Source: Octopus sinensis
Taxonomy: Eukaryota
Assembly (NCBI RefSeq): GCF_006345805.1
Contig: NC_042999.1
Span: forward strand, 39,122,001-39,186,000
Length of the DNA: 64,000 nucleotides
Direction: 5' to 3'
Below the pieces are notes generated by a model. The model did not search any database. It saw only the letters and a list, made by a program, of their open reading frames with translations, and had not been told where the DNA came from. The position numbers were made by a program, and so were the translations under genes. This document shows, one piece after another, positions 38,590 to 52,782 of this stretch; positions within the stretch are counted from its first letter, which is position 1; every line of letters starts with the position of its first letter.

Positions 38590-40190
38590 CACTCGCTAAT
38601 CATTATATGTGCTCCACGACTGTGTTGTCCGTCCTCGTAGTGTTCCCTCTATATTTAAGGCTTTATGCCTGTAATAAAGAAATGGGGAGCAATCGTTGAG
38701 AGGCTTTTTCGCGTTAATCATTGTTTGATCCCTGTTGTTTATTGATTGTTGAACGTCTTCCGTGGGGGTGAACCTAATGTTGAGCGTCATTATTGGTTGC
38801 TGGTTTTTTAAAATTTTTTTGCTTGTGATACCCATTTATGGGTGAGGTAAAGAGAGGAGTGGGGAGCGAACCAGTTCCAGCCGGCAGATGCGCTTCGGCC
38901 ACTGGAAGAGGTTTGACGGCTGACGTGCTGCGGGTGCAAGTGATGAAGATGAACCAGGGGAGGTTGAAGAAGTTCAGCTGAATCAAGGTGAGGGATGGAA
39001 CCAGTTTAAGGTTGACGCCGCCAGAAAGTTTAACAGCGAGCGTGATGAGGAAGATGGGGTGTATAGACCCTGTCCACAGCACCGAAGGTAATAGAGGTGG
39101 CCACGGTGGAGGCTGTGGAGGAGTGCCTAAGGGAGGTAGGGGGCTTTACAACGTTATAATCGAGAGTGACAAAATGCGGCACAGTGGATGTAATGCTAGC
39201 TAGTGAACAAGAAGCGATAAATCACTCCACTGTGGTGCTAAGGACACCAGAATGGGTACTTTTACCGACTTGTTGTGACAAGCGAGTGACCAAGGTAAGG
39301 ATTGACAGAGAACCCTCGGAGATTGAGGATGTGTGTCTGGTTGCAGCCATCCTGTATAACATGGCGGAGAACGTAAAGGTGTTGAAATTGAAAAGGACGA
39401 AAGAGGTGAACTGAGGGGAAACGGCCGTGAAGCGGCTATCCAAGTCAGTTTACAAGACTTGCATAAGGAAGCAAAGGAGGTGAAACTGCCGGAAGATGTG
39501 AATTTGAGAGCAGAGGTGGAGGGAAGTTTCTAACCCATTGCCAGTGTGGGGTAATGGGATACATGAAAGCAAGGTGTTCCAGAATCACGACGAATTTGTA
39601 GAGGAGCAGGAGCAAAATGCCAAAGCGACAAACCCAGTATTTGAGAAGTGACTAGCGAAGGTGGAGGAGGAGTATACGGTGGTGAATAGGAAGAAGAAAA
39701 GGAAGAAAACGTGGACTCACACCAGAGTGTCCACTAAAGAAAAAAAGGAAAATAACGAAGCATAACATGAGATGCCAACAACATCAAAGCAAGCCAACAT
39801 GGAAAATCGACTGGGACTACAGTAAGAAACAAATAAAAAAGAAGCAAAGCATTAATGGAATATGGTAAAATTTGCGAAAAGTAGAGAGTTAGAGAAGAGA
39901 ATCACAAAAATCAAAACTGTTATAAGAGTGAAACTAACGACAGAATACTATCCAGAAAGCACAAAAGCAATAGTTATTGGCGACGGAAGGACTGAAAATC
40001 TACGAGAACTGTTCGTAAATAAGATAGACCCAACGGGAGTACTCGTCGAGTTCGATGACTTGCCGCCGCAGTAGAATACGGCGAGCTGTTGCCGTATATA
40101 AAATGGTGAAAAAAAAGTCAGTAAAAATTTCAAATTTTAAATAGCTGTAAAAACAGATGCAAAAAGGAAAAAAAAGAAGAGGAAAACAAG
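38590..40190 (+). mobile_element. Decayed ORF1-only non-LTR element (L1/Tx1 ORF1-like, HAL1-like), copy 1
   Basis: Frameshifted RDGTSLRLTPPESL..., ASEQEAINHSTVVLRTPEWVLLPTCCDKRVTKVRI, knuckle remnant CQCGVMGYMKARC, basic NRKKKRKK, stop at 40074, then an A-rich tract; no ORF2 seen. Confidence 0.6.
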
Positions 40191-40269
40191 AGCTGATTTA
40201 TAACTAGTAAACGAAAACCATTTAAATGATACTGCCTGACAGTGGGTACAGGCTAGCTATTTCATCCTC

Positions 40270-41165
40270 ATTGTTGTTATTCATTGTTCAAGAAATTCGA
40301 AATCGTTCGTTCCGTATTTCTTGTCCCCAGTGTGGTGTTTTCTCTGTCCTCTCTCTGTTATGGTCGTAGTGCCAAAATAAAGAGAGTTCGGTGTTGGTAG
40401 CAGTCGTTGAGAGTTCATTTTTTCGCGTTAACCATTATTTGATTCCTGTTAAACGTAAGTCACATTCTTAATGAACTGTTGAAGCTCTCCTGTTAGGGGA
40501 AACCTAATCGTTGAACCTCATTGTTGAATTGTTAGTTGCTGTTTTTTTTTGCCTGTGAAATCATATTTTGTTTTCTTCCCCACATATGGGTGAAATTAGA
40601 GAAAAAAAGGAAGAATGGAGACCGAACCAGTTCCAAACCGGGAGCTATGCTTCAGCCACTGGAAGAAGTTTGTCAGCTGATATGTTGCAGGTACGAGAGA
40701 TAAAGATGAACCAGAGGAAGTTCAACGAGTTCAAATTCAAAGAGAAGGATGGAACCAGTTTGAGGCTGACATCACTAGAATGTTTAACAGCAAGCGTGAA
40801 GAAGCGGGCAGTGGTGTATAGAACGCTGTCCACGGCATCGAAAAAAGTAGAAATTGCCACGTGGAGGCTATAGAGGAATGCCTAAAGGAGGTGAAAAGCC
40901 TCACAACATTTTACACGAGAAGGAGAAATTACGGCACAGTGGAGGTAAGTTTCGCTAGTGAACAAGAAGCGATAAACCATTCCACTGTGGCGCTAAGCAC
41001 ACCAGAGTGGGTATTTCTGCTGACTTACTGTGACAAACTAGTGACCAGGGTAAGGATTGGTAGAGTACCCCCGGAGATTGAGGAGGCGTGGCTGATGGCA
41101 TCCATCCTGTGTAATATGGAGTAGGACGTGTAGATGCAGAAAGTGACGAGGACGAAAGAGGTACA
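40270..41165 (+). mobile_element. Same ORF1-like family, copy 2, truncated by the Gypsy insertion
   Basis: 5' UTR shared with copy 1 (tttttcgcgttaa...aacctaat); peptide GTVEVSFASEQEAINHSTVALSTPEWVFL...RVRIGRVPPEIEEAWL. Confidence 0.65.
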
Positions 41166-43865
41166 GTGATGGGGATAAAAAAATCTTCGGTATTGGTAGC
41201 AGTTCATTATGAGCATTTGATATAAAACGTTGAGTTTCTTGTAACAGTAATATCTATTCGTCATGTCTATATTTTCTTCCACCCCCTGCTTCGTTATATT
41301 CTTTATCAAATACAAGGATATAAAACTGGCGATGAGTTGTTCGAAGCTAGCGTTGGACGCTTGATGTTTTTCGTACGAAACAAAAGAAAAATGGAAGACT
41401 TATTGGCCTTCGTGGTGCAGTTGCAACAGCGACAGCAGCAACGACAACAACAACTTTTACCGCAGCAACTACAACAACAAAACCAATAGTTGCTCTAATT
41501 AATATTGAAGGAGTCTGAAAATGCTTCAGGTTCATACTCGCCAGGCAGCGTAGCAAGCCCAGTTGGAGAATTGAAATACAACTAAGGAGAAGGTATTAAC
41601 TTCTCTGCATATTTTCATAGATACGAAGAAACATTGAAAAAAATACAGTCAAACTTAGTCCGACGAGAAATAAGTAAGACGACTTTTAAGAAAGTTATCC
41701 CCTACCAAACACGGAAAGTAAGGTAACTATATTCTGACGAAGAATTCAGTTGAGATTTGTTTCGATGAAATAATATCTTATCGACAATTTTCAATGAAGG
41801 AAGTGTCCTGTCCAATACTCGCTGGTGCTGCTTAAATTTGGTAAAGAAAAAGATGAAGATTTCTTCACCTATGCCGGTTAGAAATTCAATCTGAACGAGA
41901 TGACCCCGGACATTTTTAAGTCTTTAATTTTTGTACAAGGGCTTACTGCAAAGAAGGAGACAGATTTACGTTCCCAGATATTAACTAAATTCGAGCAGTA
42001 TCGAAATTTATCTCTATAGGCAATAGTAGAAGAATGTCAAAAGTTTATCAATCTACAACATAACGCAAGTAAAACTCAAGAGAAAGAATGTTCTCAGAGC
42101 CCAGCGTGTCGAACGTTAACGAACAAGAAAATATATAAAAGGATACCAAGACCGAATCCATGTTATGAATGCGGTAGTCTACATTTTAGAAATAACTGTC
42201 CGTTTAAAAATAGGAAATGCTACATGTGAGGTAAAAGAGGCCATAAAAATCGCATTGTAGAACAGTAACTAGAAAACGGTTCAACAGAAAAATCGCGTAA
42301 ACAGATTATCAGTGACAATAAGAAAATATGTGTATGTAAGATTAAATAACACAATCATAAACTTATAATTCGATTCAGGCAGCGACATCACAATAATTAA
42401 CACAGATACATGCAAAGAGATCGGGAGATCTAAATTAAATGAAACCTCGAAAATTGTCGTGTTGTTTCAGGAAAAAATATTTTAAGGGCGAATTGATAAG
42501 TAACATTACATTTCGTAAAAAAACCCATTAAAGGCTAAAATTTTTGTGTTAGATAATATAACAAACTTGTTCACAACTAAGAGGATGGAATTGTTTAATT
42601 TATGGAACGGCCCCATAAATATTTTCTTTAAAAATGTAAATGGTCATTTCCATCAGAAGAAATAAGTAGTCAGACGAATTGCAAAAAAAAAAAGAAATTG
42701 AAAATGTTTTTTCTGAAGTCCTATCTAATAAATTAGGTCTGTGTACCAAAAACGCGGTTTCAAATACGAGAGAATGCTATACAAACATCTAAACAAAAAC
42801 GAATGGTACCGTTCGCAGCGTTAAAATAGATAAACTAAGAATTAGAGAGACTAAACAAAAATAGAGTTATCCAAAAATTAGATTATTCTGAACGGCCACC
42901 ATCAACTGTGTACGTTAAGAAAAATAATAATAAAATCAGAATGTGTACTGATTGTTGCACTGGTTTAAATGAAAGTCTTAAAACGTGCCACTATCCGCTA
43001 CCTATTACGGAGGGTATTTTTGCGAAATTGGATCTCTCTGACACGTACCTACAAATTAGAGTAGACGATGAATGCTCTAAATACCTACCAATTAGACTGT
43101 ATAAATTCAATAGGTTACTATTCGGATTAAAAGTCGCACGTGTCATTTTCAACAGATTATGGATGCAATGTTTGCTGACTGAATTCACAATTCCATATCT
43201 GGATGATATACTCATTAAAAGAGAATCTAATGATGAACAATTAGAAGACGCAAAATAATGTATGCGAAGAAATTAGGAAATACGGTTTTACATTGAGTGA
43301 AGAAAAGAGTGAATTTTTATTACAGAAAATAAGATATTTAGGATAAATAATTGAGAAAAATCGACGTCGACCAGACTCGTCGAGGGCAGACGCAATAAAA
43401 AATATGCATCCTCTGACTAATACAGCGAACTTACAGGCATTTTTAGAACTGGCAAATTATTACCAAAATTATATTCCAAAAATGCATAAGATCAGGTTTC
43501 AACTAAATAATCTGCTGAAAAAAGATATGAAATTAAATTAGTCGGAATGTAAGTCAAAAGGCATTTGGCGAAATAAAAACGATTACCTGATTTGTCGTTA
43601 GCATATTTCGATCCTGCAGCGAAAATTGTTGTAGATTCAAACGGTTCTGAGTACGGTATAGGGGCAGATGGTAACAGGAAGGCGGTGGATCATATCTCAC
43701 GTTTTCTGATAGCAGCAGAGAACAATTGTAATCAAATCGACAAAGAAGTTCTAGCAATCATGTTAGCCGTGAAAAAATTTCACAGATTTTTGCACGGTAG
43801 AAGTTTTCGTCTACAGACTGATCACCGTCCGTTAATATCGGTACTTGGATCGTTAAAATATCAAG
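41166..43865 (+). mobile_element. Decayed Ty3/Gypsy LTR retrotransposon (K02A2.6/Mag-like): LTR remnant, PBS, gag, protease, RT, RNase H; integrase missing
   Basis: PBS-like TGGCGATGAG at 41327-41336; knuckles CYECGSLH...C; protease FDSGSDITII; RT KIRMCTD...YPLP...DLSDTYLQI...YLDDILI; RNase H EVLAIMLAVKKFHRFLHGRSFRLQTDHRPL. Confidence 0.9.
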
Positions 43866-44184
43866 TATAGTAGTTATTATATGAAGCAAATTTTCGATTG
43901 GCGTCTTCATCCCGTCCTCTCTTTTGAAAACAGTTATAGATTCATGTTCTGTCTACCTCTACTAATACAGACAAATCGATTCACACATTAGCCACAGTCA
44001 TGTTGTTTATAAAGAATCTTCAGTTTTGTAGATACAGTGAAAAGTATTCGATCATCTATTAGATTGTTGAAAATGTTATGTAAAGATGATCTCCACGCAG
44101 TTCTGCCAAGTAAACTTCACCCACAGTCAGTTTATTAATTTCCAAGGCAGTTATCTTCCCGGTCTGAAAGGCTATTAATATAAT

Positions 44185-44310
44185 TATCATTATTATTATT
44201 CAATAGTCTTATAATGTGCTTTCACTGCACTACCGAGTGCAGCTCTGTGTGCCTTGAGTATGTGGTGTGGTTTGTTGTGATGCTCTTATGGTTACTGTAT
44301 TGAAAGTTTC
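44185..44310 (-). mobile_element. 3' end of a probable R4/Dong-like LINE ending in (TAA)n
   Basis: Minus strand ...LSIQ* followed by a short 3' UTR with hairpin ctgcactcggtagtgcag and (TAA)n; assignment from recalled family ends. Confidence 0.5.
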
Positions 44311-44331
44311 TCCATTTCTTTTAGAGAAATG

Positions 44332-44377
<46 letters not shown>

Positions 44378-44890
44378 CATTTTCAAACTTTCTTAAAGAA
44401 AACTTTGTTATAATGTGTGTTAGTGTACATGCCATAATATTGTTGTTGTCAGTGGTAATAAAATTCAGTGAATTAATGATGCTAATTATCAAATTGTTAT
44501 TACTTTTGTTCTCTGTCCAATGTCTACGTCATAATGCATAATTAAATTTGCTTTCATATCCTTTTTGTGTTGTTTCATTTATATTTATACTTTTGTTTGG
44601 TTTTAGCGGAAAGCTGCCTTAAGTTGAATGGAAATGAAATAAAATCATGTTTAAAATGTCAATATTGACAAATCTTTGTGCTATCTCTGGTGTAAAAAAG
44701 CATCGATTTCTTTGAAAAATATTGCTCTGACTTCAAGCATTATATATACCCCACCATTATTTTTCAGTTCAACTGTAAAAGAAAAAAAAAAAAACTGAAT
44801 GAACGAAGTGCGTGGTTGTACGTCAGATCGTGTGAAATAACAACGTCAACAAAAAGCGACAACATCACTGGCGGCAGCAGCAACAACAGT

Positions 44891-45257
44891 GGAGGCGCAA
44901 TGGTTACAGCAGCGGACTCGCGGTCAGAGGATCGCGGTTTCGAATCCCAAACCGGGCGTTGTGTGCGTTTATTGAGCGAAAACACCAAAAAAAGCCCCAC
45001 GAGGCTCCGGCGGGGGATCGTGGTGACCTCTGTTGTACTCTTCCGCTCCAACTTTCTCTCACCCTTTCTTTCTGTTTCTTGTCCCCGACTTCCTACGCAA
45101 CCGCTGAGCCTGGATGCGCATTCATCCATCCGTCGATGCTCTCGGTGTCGGGGGTTGACCTGCTTTCTCTTCTGCGGGTCTTACGAATAGCAAAGGACCA
45201 TGTTTCGGACTTCTCCCAAAGGACGAAGACCACTGTGCTCAACAAACAAACAAACAA
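44891..45257 (+). mobile_element. Family-A SINE with an alternative 3' tail
   Basis: Head and body as 37757 up to ~45080, then a different tail ending (CAAA)n; TSD-like agcagcaacaac on both sides. Confidence 0.85.
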
Positions 45258-45539
45258 AGCAGCAACAACGACAACAATAATAGAAACGATAATAACACTG
45301 ATGGTTTCGGTATTAGGAATAAGGCCGACAATTTTGTAAATGGTGATATTTATATACGATTTATATACGATTTGTAAAATAACAAATTATTTTGTCCACC
45401 ACAGAAGGATGAAATTCGGATACAAGAACAAGAAATACAGCAATAGTAATTATAAACCTTGATTAATGTGCTAATGCCACTGTCTTGAAGTGAAAACTGC
45501 TGAAAATATACTACATATGGATAGGTATGTATCAGCATC

Positions 45540-45860
45540 ATATATTTAGATGCTGAACGCAAATATTTAGGTGTGTGTGTCTGTGAAGGAGATGTTATTC
45601 AGCACTCCCAAATGCATGACGTCCAAAAAAGCAAACAAAGTGTGAAGCAGGATTGATGCAATAAATTCCTTAGCTATACCTGCTGTAACTTACAGCTTTT
45701 ACATCATAAAACTATCCCTCGTTGAGATCTGTAAATTTTCTAAAACTGTACTACACATGTATTACACAGAAGTTGATGTAGAAATACAATACAACTCCCG
45801 AGAGGATGCAACCATAACGCTAGACACCCATCTAAGGAAAAGATGAGCTTAATATGAAAG
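45540..45860 (+). mobile_element. Highly decayed R4/Dong-like RT fragment
   Basis: KYLGV...EGDVIQHSQM...RIDAINSLAIPAVTYSFYIIN. Confidence 0.55.
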
Positions 45861-46063
45861 TAGAAAGAAACAGCACTCAATATCAGAAGAAAAAAATAAT
45901 GTTAAAGATTAATGAGGCTTAGGCACAACTAGATAAAAGAATAACTCACGTTGTCCTACAATTAATTAAAATGTGAATATATATTCCCAGAAAATTACCG
46001 CAGTTCTGATCTTTCTTCTTTTGAGTGTAAACAAATTTATCAAATATAGCGTAAATAACGTTC

Positions 46064-46123
<60 letters not shown>

Positions 46124-46126
46124 CAA

Positions 46127-46157
<31 letters not shown>

Positions 46158-46497
46158 TTTATCTTTTGACCGACAGATTTAAAAAAATTATTTTTTGTAA
46201 CTGAACACTTTCAAACTTCGTACACCGGTAGAATGTGTCACACAAAACATCTTTTACTCTTGGTGTTGTTGAGGAAATTCTGTATTTTGGAAGTTATTTT
46301 TTGTTAAAGTTGTCAAATTTCGGTACATTCAACCAATCAATGACGTATATTCAGCTGAATTAAATTACAGCTGTTGTTTGTCAACAGGAAGTTCCGGCGG
46401 TGTATATTTTATGTTTTATATGACACACAAGTATACGAAGTTTGAAAGTGTTTAGTTACAAAAAATAATTTTTTAAATCTGTCGGTCAAAAGGTAAA
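46158..46497. mobile_element. MITE with ~65-bp TIRs
   Basis: tttatcttttgaccgacagatttaaaaaaattattttttgtaactgaacactttcaaacttcgta mirrored at ~46431-46497. Confidence 0.85.
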
Positions 46498-47208
46498 GAC
46501 ACCTAACAGCCAGCAAGGCCAGCAATTTTCAGAGAAATAGGTTAGGGAGTACCATGTACCTAGTACAGGATTTTTGCTATTATCATATCGGTACCTTAGA
46601 GACGAAAAGACATAACACAGGAGTAAAACAAACAGAAGAGGGAGATACAGTAACAAAAATAACAGCAACTGCAAAACGAAAGAAGAGTTAGAATATGTTG
46701 ATATTTATAACTTTAGATTGTATTTTTAATGTAACATTTTTTGTTTAATATCTAGTATCCAAAATTTTTATATTGTTGTTAATGTTATATCATAAAGTAG
46801 ATACACTGAATTATAATCTAGCGAAAGTGAATTACATACAAGATAACATGTATTAGTTGCACAATTATTAATATCGCATTCTCTAGGAAAATATATTGTG
46901 ATAGCTGGTGTGTGAGACATGGAAGAAACAAATCGAAGTGTTAATAATTTGAATGTCAAAATTCTACACCGATATTTGTATTTCTCCAAAAAAGCTTAAA
47001 GGATGATGTATCGCGAAATATGACATTTTTATTTACGGCAGTTTCTTACGTATTTCATAATTCTATGAAATAGGATACGAAAAAATGTAATTCTTATTAA
47101 AAACGAACATATTCCCATAATTAAACCGGCCATGCAAAAATTTGCTCATTGATATTCGATGATATCACAAATGCAATTCGAGAACATAAAACATACATAC
47201 ATACATAC

Positions 47209-47263
<55 letters not shown>

Positions 47264-47475
47264 TGCGTGAGTGTGTGCGCGTTTGTGCACAAATACATAT
47301 ATACATGCATACAAATATGCATAGATATATATATATGTATGTATATATATATATGTATGAATATATAGATATATGTAAATATATATACATATATATTTAC
47401 ATATATTTATATATTCATATATATATATATACATACGTATATATATATGCATATATATGATTATATAAATTTACG

Positions 47476-47565
<90 letters not shown>

Positions 47566-49199
47566 GTGTGTAATCTTAGCAATATTTCACTTTTAATAGA
47601 GCTTTTGTAAATTATTTATATCCGTTAGCTCTAATAGTTTCCTTCAGGCCTACGATAAATAATAAATATTCAGCAATATTTGGTTTAGTGATATTCCAAG
47701 AGAGCGTCCAATTATTGAAAGAACTCAGTACGCTAATATACACTTACATACACTCTCTTATATGTACAGCTATATGTATCTCGATGCTGTGCTATTAAAC
47801 ATCTTCATATAAGTATAGTTGCTGTAGTGAACCGCAACACGTGTGTGTTAATAATTGTATCTTCACCGAACTCGGAATCTTCCATACTTTTGCATCTAGA
47901 GTCTGTAGTCGCAGTGAGTTTACCTCGGTATGAGTTTGATGAAACGTTATGCATTCGCCCAGTTACTTATGAGTGTATGCGTAACGAGAACCGCAAATCC
48001 CTATGTTCTTAAATAAGTACATATATGTCAGTATACATTGTCGGTGCAGAGGTGTGCCATACTCGACTCTAACTTGGTGCATTTACTGTTAAAATATCTA
48101 TTGAACCCTGAAAATTGATACACGCACACACAAACACACATACACACATACACACACATGTACATATATACATATGCATACACACACACACACATATATA
48201 TATATACATATATACTTACATAGATACATACATACACATACACACATCTGCATATATATATGTATGTATGTATAATATATTCCGGCAGGTACGCTTCAAG
48301 CATTCTATTATGGTTCCAAGTTATGGCTTATTGCATCGAGTGTAAAGGAAAACCAAATATTATTCGAGTTAAAACGATCTCAATGTGTTTCATCCGATAT
48401 GTAAATCATGAGTTCCGTTTATCGCATAACAAATATTTTACAGTTTTTTCAAGACTCTTTAGTGAAAGCTGCTATCACGATCCAATATGCAATTATATTC
48501 CCTATATCATTTTTGGTCGCTGCAGGTGGATTTCACGTTGGCCTATCAGGGCACGGTTCCAGTTATTTATAATATATCTCAATCTGAAATAGCTAGGTTT
48601 TGGGTCCTGTTGATATTCATATGTTCATCTATTTCATCCCAGTAGCCTTACTCACAAAGAACACATACACCCACGCATACAGTTATATTAAGAGGCTGAT
48701 AACTATGGGACACACAGCGCCAGTGGAAATGCAGATATGCTAAATACTCATCAGTTTCCGAACAAATGTCACCACAACTTCGATACCTTTTGAATAATAT
48801 TGTTCATCCCCCCCCTTTCCAATAACATAACTTCTGGGTTATAAATAAGTGTACACAATATGGAAACACGCAAAGAAAATTCAACATGTTCCATTAAAAG
48901 TATAGTTTAGGCCCAGACCAAATGTTCACGAAGACATGATATGGAGAAAATTTGAAAAATATATAGCAAAAGAAATAAATATGCAATAACGAATTAAAAA
49001 CCACAACCACAAGCAAAATATGAAATAGCCATAAGTTAAAATACGATACAGAAAATAGGAACAACTATAGAAAAAACATCAATTGCTAATAATAGCATCC
49101 CTTAATGAAACACTTGAATGAAGACGGTGTAGAGTAATTACGAGATATTTGGTTTTGTAGCTGAAATCTTTTATCTTTTATAAGTTCTAGTAATTAGAT

Positions 49200-49543
49200 G
49201 TGGCCATGGAGAGGCACTACCTTGGAGAATTTTAGCCGAATGTATTGACCCCAGTTCTTACATTTATTTTCAAGTACTGGTATTTATTCTATCGGTCTCA
49301 TTTTCCTAACCGCTCAGATACGGGAGAGTAAAGGCACCATCATCGGTTGTCAAGTGATGGTGAGGAGTAAACACAAAGACACACACACACACGTATACGA
49401 TTGACTTTCAGTTTCCGTCTACCAAATCCAATCAGAAGGGTTCGGTCGGCCAGAGGCCATAGTAGAAGGGACTTGCTCAAGTTAACACTCACAGGGACTG
49501 GACCCGGGGCCATATGCTTGGGAATCAAGCTCCTTACCACATA
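49200..49543 (-). mobile_element. CORE-type tRNA-derived SINE (family C)
   Basis: Minus-strand head tgtggtaaggagcttg...ggtccagtccc, CORE-like acttgagcaagt, internal (TG)n, family tail. Confidence 0.75.
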
Positions 49544-49987
49544 GGTATAAATTCCACATTGATCATTGTTTTAGCTTCATCTCTTTACCCAAAAGACATG
49601 TTTGTCTCTTTGACATAGATGGCGACGTACATGAATAACTTGTGCTGGCAATGAAGCTCCTGCGACTGATCTGCTTATTTTTCACACTCCATCTGTGCTC
49701 ATAAGCGAGGTAATCACAAAAATGTGCATGTACATGCATTCCTATATGTGTGTTCATTGCGTATACACACACATACACACATATTTAGATATATTGATAC
49801 GTATATCTATGTGTACACACACAAACACATATGTCATCCACTTTCTATTTGTTTATGCTTCTATTCTATTTCTCCCTTAAATCTCTTTCTATCTTTCTCT
49901 CTTACTTCACTTCTCTTGTCCTATGATGTCAAATTTCTTAACGATATTTTAAAATTACTAGCGTTCTCTAACCACCTTTGTTCCCCC

Positions 49988-50060
<73 letters not shown>

Positions 50061-50063
50061 CAC

Positions 50064-50094
<31 letters not shown>

Positions 50095-50348
50095 CAGAAA
50101 AGGGAAAAGAAAATATATTATAGCTACTTGTTTCATTCCATTAGTATCCCAATGGAAAAGTAATGCAAACTAAGAATAAGTATAAAAGGAGACAGATCAG
50201 CAAAATAACAAAAACATTTCCGAAAAGGATTCTACACACGTTTCAATCTCATAGTATATTTCAATCACCAACAATCCAGTAATCCAGTTGGCACCTGGAT
50301 TGCTATTAACAACGCCTTACGAGGAAATTACATCCTCAAATTGTGTAT

Positions 50349-50398
<50 letters not shown>

Positions 50399-50757
50399 TA
50401 TATTGTAACTTCCTACACCTGAAGAAATGACGTATCAATATATGAACACACTTTTATATGTCCTCCCTGATAGGATTGATGCATTTTTTCACATTATTCT
50501 TCCTCTCAGATTTATTTTTAATGCATCTGACGTGACATATCTCGTTGATATGGTGACATAACTGATTTAAATGCCATCTTCAGCATCTGTCTCTAGTGCT
50601 CCAAAAACATGTCTCACTTCTCCTCGGAATTAACTCCCACGCAAGTGTGATTGCTCATTCCTTGGGCGCTTAAGTGACATTTGACTACCATGCAACTGTT
50701 CCTCTGGATCTTACCTTGTAAACTGATCATTCATATGTATATATGCATGTATGTATG

Positions 50758-50791
<34 letters not shown>

Positions 50792-50941
50792 TGTATGTAT
50801 GTATGTATGTATGTATGTATGTATGTATGTATGCATGTATGCATGTATGTATGTAGGTATGTATCTATATATATATATATGTATATATATACGAAAAAAC
50901 AAGTCAAGATAGAAAATGCTAAATTAATTTTATAAAGAACA

Positions 50942-50984
50942 TTTCAGTACCGGTCTCGGTCATTTGAGACCTTTTCAACTGTAA
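50942..50984 (-). ncRNA. Minimal hammerhead ribozyme (U3-A8 variant, with a probably inactivating GAGA)
   Basis: ttacag-TTGAAAA-ggtc(tcaaat)gacc-GAGA-ccg-GTA-ctgaaa; palindromic ACCGGT as at 961-1000. Confidence 0.6.
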
Positions 50985-52699
50985 CAATTAAATAATTAAA
51001 TTTAGATAAATTAAAAGAAAAGTTTTTTTAAAAGAATATTTGTATAGTGTTCAAATATAAGTGGCATTTTCCTTGTTTCTGCCTTTCTCTGTCTCTCGTG
51101 TTTACTCTTGTGGGTTCAAGGTATATATATATATATCAATGCAAAGATATACCTGCAAAGCATAATTTGAATTTTGATGAATACGTTACCCGTGCTGCTT
51201 ACAAAAATTGTCATTGAATACGCTAGGTGTTACTGTTTTACTTGTCTGTCAATTGGAAAGTTATGCTCTCAAAAAATTTTGCGTTGTTCTTGAATTAGTT
51301 TGAAAATAAAACCAGTTTGTGTTTTTGACATAATTTCATGCATATATGCGTGTGTGTTTGTTTGGTATATATATATATATATGTATATATAGATATGGGA
51401 ATATCTATATGTATATATGTGTGCGCCTGTGTGTGCGTGTGCGACGGGCGTGTGCGCGTGTGTTATAAGTATATATTTGAGTAGCAAACACCGAAGAGTA
51501 TATAATTTGTATCGATCATATTATCTTCTCTGATAACCGTCTTAGACATGTCTCCTGTTAATGCTACACCAATGTTCACACATAAGCATAATTCTACTTA
51601 GTACTGCATTGAATATTGCAATTTGCCTTCACCTTGGAAAAACGGAGCCGTGTTAAAGGTATTCATTGATGAAATGAAATGAAAAGAATGTTTCCATTGT
51701 ATGTGAGGAGATCCAAATTTACAACAGTTTTACTAAAATTCTCCATTATTTTGTACATTATTACATTCGCCTTGACTTATTATCTTGAAAGACACGGAGA
51801 ACAAGTAGTATAACGGTATTCCTTTAATATATGTCTTGTCGTTCTTACTCTATTCTTCCAGCTAAGGTTATGCGACACTGAAGCGACTTTCCGTGATGCA
51901 AACAATAAAATAAAAACAAAATTCCAGCAACTGGCTAACGTTTCCTTAATATCTGAATTTCCAAGAATTGAAATTCCAAACAATGATAATAACTGTTTCA
52001 AGACTACAATGTATTATATAAGGCAGATTCATAACAGCCATTGATATAACTTTGTGTTTGGAGCGTATTATCTATTTTATATAAATAACAGCAGCCCCAC
52101 CAACAGCAACCTATTTATAAATTCCAATTTAATTTCCTAGAGATCAGCATTCTCTTTGATCTTTCTTTTTAAAGAAGTTTTAATTATGATGTTGCAGTTC
52201 CTGTTGTGGCGGTTATTGTTGTTATTGCTACAGCTTTTGTTAGCTTGTCTTAATAGTATTTTACATGTTTATGATGTCGATATTTTTTTCCCTTTCTCTT
52301 TTTTCATAGTCTTCAATTCTGTTGTTTAATGGAAACACTCAATATTTGACGCTGTTTACAGTTTTTAGAGTGTTTCTCGTTACGGAACCACGTTTAAAGT
52401 ATGCAGTAAAATACGTATTGGAGCTGTGTTATAAATACGTTAGTATTCAGATGTCTTTTCTAAATCATATTTTTCTGATTTTCATAAGTAACTCTGTACA
52501 TTAGATATAATATACAGACGATAATAAGTAAGCAATAAATAAATAAAAATATGCAAATGCTATGCGGTTTTTCCTTATAAGGACTTAACTTGAAATACAA
52601 AATTCTAATACCACTAAATATTATGAAGAAAGGTTTATCTCCCTTGTAATACCTGCAAGCAATATTGAGCCTTACATTTATATATGTATGTATGCATTT

Positions 52700-52782
<83 letters not shown>

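Noticed and set aside
43870-44160. Possible minus-strand LINE RT remnant or Gypsy continuation
   Set aside because: Too decayed to assign without a translated search
50225-50345. Minus-strand TTGAGGA...GAAACGTGTGTA, possible long-stem-II HHR
   Set aside because: Stem I not identifiable; core degenerate
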